Part shown: positions 26,101 to 36,833 of the stretch, piece by piece
How the letters are laid out: each line of letters opens with the position of its first letter
Numbering within the stretch: the stretch's first letter is position 1
Assembly: GCA_964187785.1 (NCBI GenBank)
Contig: OZ076409.1
Span: forward strand, 85,562,001-85,626,000
Length of the DNA stretch: 64,000 nucleotides
From: Amphiscolops sp. MND2022
Lineage: Eukaryota
Direction of reading: 5' to 3'
Position numbers and translations under genes: made by a program
The notes under the pieces: generated by a model
Seen by the model: the letters and a program-made list of their open reading frames with translations, nothing else
Database searches by the model: none
What the model was told of the DNA's origin: nothing

Positions 26101-28918
26101 TATGCTTTCGTACGCCGAGTTATTGAGATGAAGCGAACGAGGGTTAATTATTCGTTCGCCGAGAGCTTTGCCTGCATTCAAATGCAAATGTGAAACTTCG
26201 TCTACGCTTAGTAGTTGTATTTTAGTCCAAGAAGAATTAAAGGTGGTGTAAACTGGTAGAGTTATTAACTGTATGCTATATAAATGATTAAGATATGCTT
26301 CTTTTGATGAACATGGAAGCCTAAAAGCAGAAATAATACTGTGCCCCGCAGATGCCTTTTTTGAAACTTAAGAAGCCATCCCTGAGCATATCCAAACTAC
26401 TTTTTGAAATTTGAGAGTGATTCCGGCTGAAGATGGTCCCTTCTTGTTCGTTTGCAATCGAAGATAAGCTTTTTGGAGCCTGCAGTATCCCCTTTCGGTT
26501 TTTTGCTTTGTCAGGTTTTCCTACTTGTCTCCGACAGTAATAAAATTAACCATTTTTTAAAAACTGATTATATTACAATTTTTTACATTTACCATTTCTT
26601 GTGCAGAGACCATTTCTAATCAATTCCGAAAATCTTATTGCATGTTCCTTTAGAAGCGGTGTAATTTTTCATATAATGATTTTATCTTACCACTTTTCAT
26701 TTCATGGGCTTATTTTGGATCCAAGGAGAAGTAGCCTGCGAAATTGCATATAAAACGATACAACCATCATTGTTATTGGTCAAATTTCTACCTTCATGCT
26801 ACGAAGCTAACTTTTTTGTTGAAATTTGCTTGGTGAGCGTTATCTTTGAGTGAATATTTGGTACGGCAACGGTACATTTATTCATTTACAGCGAAAAATA
26901 ATCAATTGACCGTCCATTGATAAAATTTTTACTTAATTTCATTTGAAATTGTTTAGTTTACTGTTACGATTCACGGATGACAACTTCGATCCTGACCAAG
27001 CTGCAACTATTGGAGTGGATTTCAAAGTCACAACCCTCACAGTGAACGGCAACTCAGCCAAGCTGGCAATTTGGGTGAGTCAATTGAGAGGCAACAAAAC
27101 CTTGTGACTATGGAAAGGGAATCGTAGTTTAATTCAAATTCAATAACGATTTTTTCATTCGACCAAATTTGTTCGTTTATGTTGAGAACATGGATGAGTA
27201 AAGAAATGACTCAAAAAATTTTTCAGCTTTGGAAGTGATTGAGTTGTTGTAAACTCGTTGAAAATATTTTCCTGTAGTTAAAAATGGATTTAATTTTAAT
27301 GAAAACGTTCTACAGCAGGCACATTTTGTACAACTGTTAAAATTCCCGATTTGATGTTAATAAGAACATTCATCAGTCGCAAAAAAACCAGAGACTTGAG
27401 AAAATGTCAAATTACTCGTATGTATTATAAATTCATCCCGAGATTTCATCTTGGAAATTTTAGATTCGCCATTTGTTTCTGACATAAATGACATATTTTT
27501 TTTCATGATAAATTACAAGTAAGTAATTTTTGAAAATAACACCAACCCTGGTATATATTGATTTGTATCTGATTTGATTGATGTCTTGAGTTTTTCTTCA
27601 GGATACAGCTGGACAAGAGAGGTTTCGAACATTGACCCCCAGCTACTACAGGGGAGCTCAAGGCTGCATCTTGGTCTATGACGTCACTTGTAGGAGCTCG
27701 TTTCAGAGATTAGATCAGTGGCTCAAAGAACTGGAAATGTATTCCACGCATTCAAACGTCGTCAAAATGCTAGTGGGCAATAAAACAGACAAAGTAGGTT
27801 ATGAAAAATTCATTCGGAGAAGTTCTGAGAGGAATAGATTTGGAAACATGTATTTAACCCACAAAAGTCTGAAAATGAGAGCTGCAGTTGTGCTCGTTTT
27901 GCGTCTTTATACGACTTTTTAATTGTCTTTTTGTCAATCAAATTGAATTTCTATATCGATATTGGAGTGGCGAGTCAGGTATTTTTAGGAAAGGTGTCAG
28001 TTACGGTACAGAGCGTCAATTACAGTAAGGTATTACAGCGTCAATTTCTGTCCGATCAAAATAGTTTCGAAACTTTGGCAAGAATTTTACAAATTAGATC
28101 AGCGTATTAAATTAATTTATCGCCAAGCAAAATATCCTGCTGGGCCCGCACGTGGTAAAAAAGAAAATCATCTAATGGACAGTCCTTTACTTTAGCACAA
28201 CAGCTTTAATTCTAATAAAAGTGCACCCAGTTAAGTTGAATTGTTCAACCTCGCTAGGATTTGTCTCTAAAATGAGAAAACATGCGTGCTATTTCTTTTT
28301 TGATGCATTAACTGACGCTACATTTGAACTGAAGCGTTTCTACCAGCGTGAGAAAATGTCGTTGTCTGTGAGATTGGAGCTTTTGGTTTGATCATTTTTA
28401 GAAACATTTCACTGTCAAGAATCTCGAAATATTTTTTAGACTGACCGCGAAGTCACCAGAGAAGAAGGAATGCAATACGCTAAGAAACATTCCATGCTTT
28501 TCATCGAGGCCTCTGCAAAAACCAAGGAAGGTGTCCATTACGCTTTCGAAGAACTCGTCGACAAGGTAATTCAAACATCGATAAGAATCTGCCTGATTTT
28601 GTGAGGATACTTCTATATCACCAAGTGAAAAGATCTGACTAGCGAATTTTTTTATTTGTATGTGAAATTCATACGTCACGGTTTTTTCAAGTCGAATTCT
28701 GTCGAAAGATTACCACATGGTCTTTAGTTTTCAAAATGTTTTTGAAGCGTTTTTGTAATTTTTGTGTAGGCTAAATTAAGGCCTCATTTGTTTAGATTAT
28801 TCAAACTCCTGGGTTATGGGAAGCGAATGAAAGAAGTGGGCAAGATCGAGGAAACGGCTTCTACCTCTCCAGAAATGCGACTGGACAACCCAGTGGCGGA
28901 TACTGCACCAGTTGTTAA
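23101..28918 (+). CDS. RAB18: Ras-related protein Rab-18, 5 coding exons, 209 aa
   Basis: Exons 23101-23171, 26957-27074, 27602-27793, 28440-28565 and 28796-28918, all GT-AG with consistent phases. Protein: [40 protein letters not shown]...[26 protein letters not shown]...VGNKTDK...[10 protein letters not shown]...[16 protein letters not shown]...GGYCTSC. These are Rab18-diagnostic motifs. Confidence 0.96.
24134..24497 (+). mobile_element. Helentron/HINE-like dispersed repeat (copy in Rab18 intron 1)
   Basis: 5' TTTTTAGTCGGCGCTTTT plus hairpin. 3' ...GAGCCTTGGATATGGCGCCGACTTGGGCCGTTCCCGGCTTGTT. Confidence 0.65.
25211..25664 (+). mobile_element. Helentron/HINE-like dispersed repeat
   Basis: Same 5' AGTCGGCGC and 3' GCGCCGACT...CTTGTT ends. 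Confidence 0.65.
25911..26250 (+). repeat. Second dispersed repeat family (other copies 33196-33403 and 55071-55421)
   Basis: Shared core AAATTTCTCAAGCTGCCGAC...TTCGTACGCCGA in all three loci. The downstream ...GAAACTTCGTCTACGCTTAGTAGTT is present in this copy and the 55 kb copy. Confidence 0.8.
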
Positions 28919-29417
28919 CTCATTGTTTTTAGTAATTAAAGATAGTTTTAGTAGTTCTTTAAAGCGCGAATATCAATTTTCTATTGGTGAAATGTAATAC
29001 AATTTCTAATTTGATAACTTTTTGATATCTGGTGGGATCGAAAGTCGGTTGGGAATTTTTCTTGTCGAGAAATGCTCCAAAAGTGGCATGTATTGTCGAA
29101 TTTTCTGGAGCATTTTTTTCAACTTCGCGTAATTGAGCATTTCAAAGCTTAATACAGTAAGCTTGGATGAAGTCGAACCAATTTTGATATTTTTTCGCAA
29201 AGTACTTGTTCGACAGTGGCGAGAAATGTCGCTTTTGGGCATTGAAGAACGATTTTAGCCAAAATATGTTGCTCAATTTCTTATGAATAGACATTGACAG
29301 GAAGCATATGTAGTTGAATCGAGGAGGCCAGCTTTGTGCACTCTGCTTTATGACCAAATTACTTTGGCCGAGAAATCTAAATGGATGTAAAATTTCGGTT
29401 AGTTCAACCCGAAATCG

Positions 29418-32400
29418 TTTTTAGTCGGCGCTTTTCGTAGAAAACGCAGAGTATAGCAGTGACTTTTCTTTTTTTTTAAGACCAACGAAGTGACAGATTT
29501 TATAAGCTTTATAAGCTGCGTCCACTAACTGCCACACTTGTAACTTCTACTGCCACTTAGCATAGAGGTTAATTAGGATAGTTTTTGTTGTCTGCCAAGC
29601 AGAAGGACTTGGGTTCGAGTCTCACCCTTGACCAATTTTTTTTGTGCATAACATTTCGGCTATGTGAGACTTTTTTCGCAATTTTTTTAATGTCTCCAAA
29701 GGGTCCTCCTTTCATTTTTTTGATATTTTGCAACAGAATGGACGTTCAAAAAATCCCAAAGTGTCCCCCTTTTACATTTTTCGGCACTATGCGACTTACC
29801 GGAGACTTCAAAAAAATTTCGGTATTTTTTTTTCATTATTTCGATATAGTGTGACTTCTTTTAGACTTTTCGGCAAAAGGTTCCGCCTTCATTTTTTCTG
29901 GAGTTTTGCGGCAGAATGGATGTTGAAAAATACCAAAAGGTCCCCCTTTCAGTTTTTTTCGGAATTGTGAGACTTTTTTTCAATTTTTTTCATTAAAGGG
30001 TCCCCTTCATTTTTTGATGATTTGCGACAGAAGGGATGAAAAATGTCAAAGCGTTCCCCTGGCGCGCCAAGAGAATACTTTAACACTTTCAAGTCCTTTT
30101 GCTATTTTTGAGCCTTAGATATGGCGCCGACTTGGGCCATTCCCACCTTGTTTCTCAGTGTATTTCTTCTTGATTTTCCAGTGTTTCTTATCTGAATTTT
30201 TAGTCTGCGCTTTTCTTAAGAAAAGAGTCGACTATAGTCATGGCTTTTCGTCAGTGTTTTTTAAGACCACCTGAACTGACCAAAATAGTTCTACAAAAGT
30301 TCTACAAAATATTATTGCACCAAATTGCACCATTTGGCCTAGCGAACTGAACCAAAAAGGTTTTTCCTGTTTTCCCGCGTAACATGCCATTCCGGGCGAG
30401 ACCAAAAGTTTTTTCGGCATTGTGAGACTTTTTCCGGGAAAAAAATTTCCCCAAAGGGTCCCCCCTTCAATTTTACGATGTTTTGCGACAAAATGGATGT
30501 TGAAAACCCCCAAAGGGTCCACCCTTTCAGTTTTTTTCGGCATTGTGAGACTTTTTTCCAAATTTTTATTTTCATAAAAGGGTCCCCAACTCACCAATAC
30601 TTTGACATATTGAAGTCCTTTTGCTATTTTTGAGCCTTAGATATGGCGCCGACTTGGGCCGGTCCCGGCTTGTTTCTTTTTCATTAAGTTCAATTAGAGT
30701 TAATTCAGTGCCTATTCGAAGCAAGTTAAATCAAATGGATCATTTTGTTAATTTCTGTACTTTCCCACTTGCAGTCCATTTTCACTTCATTGACAAAAGA
30801 CATTTTCACTTCATTTTTAGAAACTATCTCTTTTTATTGTCTTTTTTCGATACACCTGAAGTGACCTAGACGTGAAACAGTTCTATCAAAAGTTCTACAA
30901 AATTTTAAATTGCCCCCATTGGCCCAGGGAACTGAACCAAAAATGTTTCTCGTGTAACACAATACCGGACGAGACCGAAGGGTCCCCCTTTAAGTTTTTT
31001 TCGGCATTGCGACTTTTTTTGGAAAATTTTTCCCCAAAGGGCCCCTTAATTTTTTTGGAGTTTTGCGACAGAATGGATGTTGAAAAATTCCAAAAGGTCT
31101 CCCCTTTCCATTTTTTGGCATTGTGATACTTCAATTTTTTTCAAGTGCTGTAGAAGAGAATACTTTGACACTTTGAAGTCCATTTGCTATTTTTGAGCCT
31201 TAGATATGGCGCCGACTTTGGCGGGTCCCGGCTTATTGCAGTCAGCAAAAGCTTACATTCACGCCCAGTGGCAAGCAATCAATTGTCACGAAAACCATCT
31301 TTTCATGTTTGTTTTCAATTATCAAAATTCTCTTGTTGCTGGAATATAATTTTCGTTTTCAACGAAAAAGATGGCTTTCAACCGGCTTTCTGAAGAAGTA
31401 ACGCTTGCCAGATATGAAGGTTCAAATTTGATACCACGTGCAGTCGTTTTTTTTTCGAATTTCGAAAGTTCAAATGAAAGTTAGAAATGTTCATAACGCG
31501 TTCCTCATTTTTTTAAAATCGGCGCTTTCATTAGAAAACGTAGACTGTAGTAGTCGCTTTTTAAAAGACCAGTGAACTAACAGATTTCTATAAGTTTTTA
31601 GTCGGCGCATTTTAGTAGAAAATGTGCCCGACTCTTATAGTGGGTAGTTTTTTTAGACGCGTAAGGTCCACTTTTTTGTTCATTTGTTCAACAACGTCAA
31701 ACCTCAACAACTCGAAACTCAAAAGCGCGTCCAAAACGAAAAGAAAAAACAAAACACGTGTAGAATTTCGAAATCACACTAAGGACCCCCCATAGCCCTA
31801 CTTTTTTTCGGCACTATGCGACTTTTTTTGAAACTTTGGATGGCACGAAAGGGCCCCCCCTTCATTTGTTTCGATATTTTGCAACACAATGGATGTCAAA
31901 AAATCCCAAAGAGTCCACCCTTTTACATTTTTCGGCACTGTGACACTGTTCAAAAATCTCATTTTTTACACTTTTTTGGGAAATTTTTTCTAGTCCCCAA
32001 AGGGTCCCCCTTCAAATTTTTTCATATTTTGCAACCAGCTGGAGTTCCACAAAGCCCGAAGGCTCCCACTTTTTACAATTTTGAGCCTTAGATATGGCGC
32101 CGACTTTGGCCGTTCTCGGCTTGTTATGACTAGCTCCCGACTCTTGCCGCTGAAGTACAGCCACGCATAGCAAAAGTATGTGGGTTCAAATCCCGGCATG
32201 GACATTCATTCTTAGTCAGCGCTTTCTACTAGTAAAAAGTCTTATACAATGGTATTTTTTTTTCGTCAATAACGCTGTAACATCCACTTTTATGAACTTT
32301 CATAAATTTTATATAGAAGAGGTTAACGCAAATTTTGCGGGCCTGAGAAGCAGGACTACATGGTTCAAATCCCGCTCTAAAACCAATTTTTCATAATTGT

Positions 32401-33006
32401 AAATGTAGAGGAAAGTTGTTTCCGGGACTTCGATTTTTTTCTGATTTTTCAAATCAAAGCCCCTTTCGATTTTTAGCAGAAATGATTTTTATTCACAGTA
32501 GAAGAAGGGATATTTATTCACAATGTTTGTTTTGAGGTTTTCTGTTACAAAAAACCGTTTTCTGAGTCTTGAGGGTGGCCTCTTTGGTTATTTATGGTCC
32601 TGCGGGACTGATGAGTTTAATTGTGGAAAAGACTTTTGGTTTTTTTAGACACTCTGATACTTTTTTTCAAAATTATTTTCGTTCAAAGGGTATACTCTTC
32701 ACCTTTTGAAAAATTTTCGGCTTGAAAATGCGTTTTGCACACTTCAAGGGTCTCCTCTTGGGTTTTCCGGCACCATGAGATTTTTTCCGAACGCAACAAA
32801 CATTCGACACCTTTTCTCCAAAAATTGGTTTCTTGATGTTTCGAGTCGGTGTAAAAGCGGTTTTCGAGTGTTATGGGTATTCTTCTGGGTGTTTTTGATA
32901 CTGTAAATTTCATAAATCTCACAATAGTGTCCCATTCATATTTGAAAAAAAAACATTTTTTCAAACTTGAGCGGGACGCCGACTTGGGCCGTTCATGGCT
33001 TGTTGG
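29418..33006 (+). mobile_element. Cluster of Helentron/HINE-like repeats (29418-30152, 30197-30674, about 30860-31236, 31595-32125, degenerate end at about 33006)
   Basis: Repeated 3' end TTTGAGCCTTAGATATGGCGCCGACTTGGGCCG..CCCGGCTTGTT and 5' TTTTAGTCGGCGC. Internal AAAGGGTCCCCCTT / TTTCGGCATTGTGAGACTTTT units. Confidence 0.7.
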
Positions 33007-34225
33007 TTTTTGCAAGAAGTGACCGAGACTCATATGGGGTTTTTCGTCATTGTGCGACTTTTTTTAAAAAAATTCATGCGATGAAAAGCTTCTTTGATGT
33101 TTCTGTTCTGGAAAAAGCGTTTCGCGAGCCTAAAATGTATATTTCTTTGGTTTTTGACACTGGCCGACTTTTTGTCAAAAAAGTAAAATTTTTATTTCTG
33201 CGATGGCAAGAATATTATTGAAACCTCAAGAGTTCCATTTTTCCAGTGAAATTTTTGTCGTGATACTGAAAAATTCAGATATTTTGTTCGGCAGTGAGTA
33301 TAAGCATGAGATTTAAATTTCTCAAGCTGCCGACAACAATTCGTTTCTCGTGCGATGAAACGAGCGAGTGGTAATTATGCATTCGTACGCCGAATTCATT
33401 GAGAATTCTGCCGCATTACTTGGACCGATAGCCAAAACTTGCTCCATAAGTTTTCCAGTGCATTCGTCGGCTCACTTGACCAATATTGGCCAATTACATG
33501 TATTCATTCTTTCCTTTCACATTGATTTATACTCTATGTATTCACACTTTCACTACTCGCTCGATACTCGGCAATTTTGTACCTAGGAGCGACTCGCTCC
33601 TTTTAATCCCCGCTCCTCGCTACCGTTTTTCATGCTGTGGTCATAACCATGGTAAAAGAAAAGTTCTAGTTGTAAATTATGGAAGACGACTTGTGAATTG
33701 AACCTTAGTCTCAAGCAGGGTTGGCAAAAAACAGTTTATCATATTATTCAAACAAACAGTTTTTTATAGTAAAAATCATGTTTTTTATGTTTTTTTATCC
33801 GTCGAGCAAAAAACGAATTTGTTTGAAGAGCTCAAGTAACAACACAAATATTTTTCATTTTTTGTTTTTGCGATACAAAAAAGACAGTTTTTCAGCTTTT
33901 TCGGGCTCCAGCTGGGCGCGAAGTTTTCCGTAAGTTAGTCCTAAGCTTGATGAGTTTCTTTCCAGGCCAGATGTTGCTTCCCCAGTTTTCTTTTCTGTAA
34001 AGTGAGCCCAAATGTCACTCTCGTTTCTTCCCATTTCAATATCTGAAAAAAGGAAATGTTTTAAAACGTTTTTATTGATGTTTTAAAACTTTTATTGGCT
34101 TGTTTTAAAATATTTTAAAACACCAACTACGGTTATATTCATTACCGCCTTTCCATTTGATACACCTGAGTTGACCTTTTTCAGTGCAATATGTATATTT
34201 CTGTTTGAATCCTCGTGCATAGCAG

Positions 34226-35296
34226 ATGACACGCAATAGTTACCATTTTGACCCCGGGGACTCACACCAGAACGGGAATATCTGGGGACCTGAACTGCCA
34301 AATTATTACAATGTTCTCCAATTGCCAGCTGACTGCAGTGTTGAGAGCATCCGGAAAAAATTCAAGAAGTTTGCTTTACAATTTCATCCGGACAAAAACC
34401 CGCATGACCTTGAAGGGGCTGAAAGAGCTTTCAAAAAAGTGAATGAAGCGTTCTCTGTTTTGAGCGACCCTTTCAAGCGAGCTGAATACGATTTGCTGAT
34501 AACGCGAGAGAAAAGCAATTCTTCAAAACAGTTTGATGAGAACTTTTACACTGAGTCGAGACCTTTTCACGAAGAAACAGGTTTTGGAATTTTCGATCGT
34601 GACCAAAGCTCACAGCGTCAGTTTTACGAGGCGAAAAATAAAACTTTCAAAACGTTCTATTCCAAAGTTTTCGATGCCAAATCTCAAAGTTACACTTCTG
34701 GCTCAGCCTATTCCAATGTTTTTCAAAAAGGCGGTTCAAAATTCACTGGTTCACCTCAATATGATGCAAAATTAAACGATAACAGAAATAAATACCAATA
34801 CCGGAAACGACAAAGATTCAAAAGTTTCGATTATGGGCCAGTTCCTAAACGAGATGACATGTATTGCGCAGAATACTTCAAAAATAAAATGCATAGATCT
34901 GACGACGCTTTTTCTTCATTGGTATACCTTTTGCCTCTAACGTTCATCATCTTCATCCTCGTTTTGAACGCTTCTATCAACAACGAATCGCTTTTTTCTT
35001 TCACGCAAGATTACAATTATTCCAAACTGCGCACAACGCACGAAAGAAAAATTCCTTATTACGTTGCAGAAAATTTTGCCGATAAAATGGAAGGAGGAAA
35101 TATCCGAGACTTCGAAAGACATGTTGAGATCGTGTACAAGGATCACTTGCAATCTCTGTGCGACAGTGAAAGTGAGTTCAGAGAAAGCAACATCATCAAA
35201 GCCAAATATTTCAAAAATTGGGATCTTCTCTCTGAAATGGAAAGTCTGCCGATGCCAAATTGTCTACGATTGTATGAAGTTTTTAAATCAGCGTGA
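34226..35296 (+). CDS. DnaJ (Hsp40) protein of the DNAJB12/DNAJB14/DNAJC18 type: J-domain, transmembrane helix and DUF1977-like luminal domain; intronless, 356 aa
   Basis: J-domain NYYNVLQL...[12 protein letters not shown]...[27 protein letters not shown] segment [17 protein letters not shown]-terminal RTT...IPYYV..NF...FERHVE..Y...L...C...MPNC.RL. Confidence 0.9.
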   Translation: MTRNSYHFDPGDSHQNGNIWGPELPNYYNVLQLPADCSVESIRKKFKKFALQFHPDKNPHDLEGAERAFKKVNEAFSVLSDPFKRAEYDLLITREKSNSSKQFDENFYTESRPFHEETGFGIFDRDQSSQRQFYEAKNKTFKTFYSKVFDAKSQSYTSGSAYSNVFQKGGSKFTGSPQYDAKLNDNRNKYQYRKRQRFKSFDYGPVPKRDDMYCAEYFKNKMHRSDDAFSSLVYLLPLTFIIFILVLNASINNESLFSFTQDYNYSKLRTTHERKIPYYVAENFADKMEGGNIRDFERHVEIVYKDHLQSLCDSESEFRESNIIKAKYFKNWDLLSEMESLPMPNCLRLYEVFKSA

Positions 35297-35629
35297 TTTC
35301 ATTCAGTGCAATTTATAGTAGTTCAATTTAGAAATATAGTTTTAAAGATGTAAAAAAGATTTATAGCTAAATTTAAATGGAATTCATAGGTCAGCTGTTT
35401 TGAATGAGTCGAAAAATGAGCTCGCTGATGTAAACATGAAAATACCATGAACGATTTTTTTTCAATTTACCAAAAAAGATTAATGATTAGCTAGCTTTTC
35501 TCATACAAAAAATCAGAATAACTATGTTTCCAGTTCCAATATTTTATCATTCCTTCATTTTTCGTAGTGTTTGTTTTTAGATTCTTTGAACTGTTTTTTT
35601 AAAGGACATGACAGTTTCAGATAGTTTGA

Positions 35630-36292
35630 ATGAGTAAAAAGAGGGTTGCAACAGCTCTTGCGGCAGATACGAGCCCAAGTAAGAAAGTCAAGACAGGTAC
35701 AACTGCTGCAAGTATCCCTGACCGCTTACCAAATGGTATCATTCTCTTCGATGATTACCCTGACTTCCGGCCAAACTTGACCCCAAAAGAGGTCCTCCAA
35801 ATGGGCAGTTTCGGTGGCACCTACTTTCGACCCATCTATTCTTCTGTCACCAAATCAAACTACGGCGATGAGGTCTGGAAAGAACTGCCGGAAGACTGGC
35901 TCGAGGGACTAAATATCAAGAAACAAATTAGCAGCAAAATTTACTACGAAGAAGTGAACACGTATAAAGTTAAATGTGGAGGGTCTCTACAAATGTGGGA
36001 AGAAAGTGGCTGGATCAAACCATGTGACCCTTATGGTTGGTTCCAGTGGTACTGTCGTTTTTATCAGGGTCGCCGACTCGAGGATGATGAGCGTCAAGTT
36101 GGCAGGTGGCTCAAGTGTGCGGGCCCCCGGGGTCGATGGAAGAACAACCTTATTAGCAAAATTGCCAGAGCTGGCAAGAAGTACGACGACTTCTCTGTAT
36201 CTCCCGTTGTGAGACAGGTCCTTCAGCACTGGGGATATCAATTAACTGAAGCGGACTTTGATGCCTTAAAAAACAAATTCAAGCCTAAGTAA
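35630..36292 (+). CDS. Conserved protein of unknown function (FRPNLTP / GSFGGTYFR / DPYGWFQWYCRF / RQ.L.HW family) with a basic N-terminal NLS-like segment; 220 aa
   Basis: Clean ATG-to-TAA ORF with dense W/G/Y motif blocks that I recognise from uncharacterised proteins. KKR and PSKKVK at the N-terminus. Confidence 0.88.
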   Translation: MSKKRVATALAADTSPSKKVKTGTTAASIPDRLPNGIILFDDYPDFRPNLTPKEVLQMGSFGGTYFRPIYSSVTKSNYGDEVWKELPEDWLEGLNIKKQISSKIYYEEVNTYKVKCGGSLQMWEESGWIKPCDPYGWFQWYCRFYQGRRLEDDERQVGRWLKCAGPRGRWKNNLISKIARAGKKYDDFSVSPVVRQVLQHWGYQLTEADFDALKNKFKPK

Positions 36293-36833
36293 CCCACTAC
36301 TCAAGAATAACTGTATTAGGTTCTATTTAGTAATTTTTGTTACTTGTTTTTATTTCTTTTCCATTAATTTTCATCTGAAAACAATTGAATGTCTCTTATG
36401 TCACCTTTCATTTAGTATCTTTTTAGTAATTTTTGTCGCTTGTTTTTCCTTTTCATTTGTCTGGCAATAATTGAATGTCTCTTACTCATGTCACCTTTCA
36501 TTATTCTCCAATTTATATAATTGAACCCCGTGTAAAATTAACATGCGCTTGCTCACAGTGATGAATATCATAACTTCTTAATATGAACGTGTAATCCAAA
36601 TATGGTGCAAAATGCGTATTTGGAAATGGTCGTTCCCGATTCTAACAACCAATTGCTTGAATGTCCGATCTTATACTTTTCCTTTGCTGTCACTGTGTAG
36701 TCGACAGTTCAATCTATAGACTACAACTGAATTTGACTAAATATGATTCGTGTTCTTACTTTGTCTTTCAGTGATATGGTGTAGTTTTGCTGAATTTTAT
36801 TTATGAAAGGAAGCCACCGCTGTCGTGGCCTAA

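Noticed and set aside
27632..27922. Track ORF as a stand-alone 96-aa Rab fragment
   Set aside because: It is Rab18 exon 3 reading into intron 3 (donor at 27794)
29558..29630. Possible tRNA gene
   Set aside because: B-box present but no coherent cloverleaf or acceptor stem, and it lies inside a dispersed repeat
24441..33006. Recurrent ~45-bp motif resembling CRISPR repeats
   Set aside because: Spacing is irregular (hundreds to thousands of bp), the intervening DNA is itself repetitive, there are no cas genes and the context is eukaryotic. It is a TE end.
36326..36503. Imperfect ~90-bp tandem duplication after the unknown gene
   Set aside because: Ordinary local duplication in a 3' UTR or spacer, with no evidence of function
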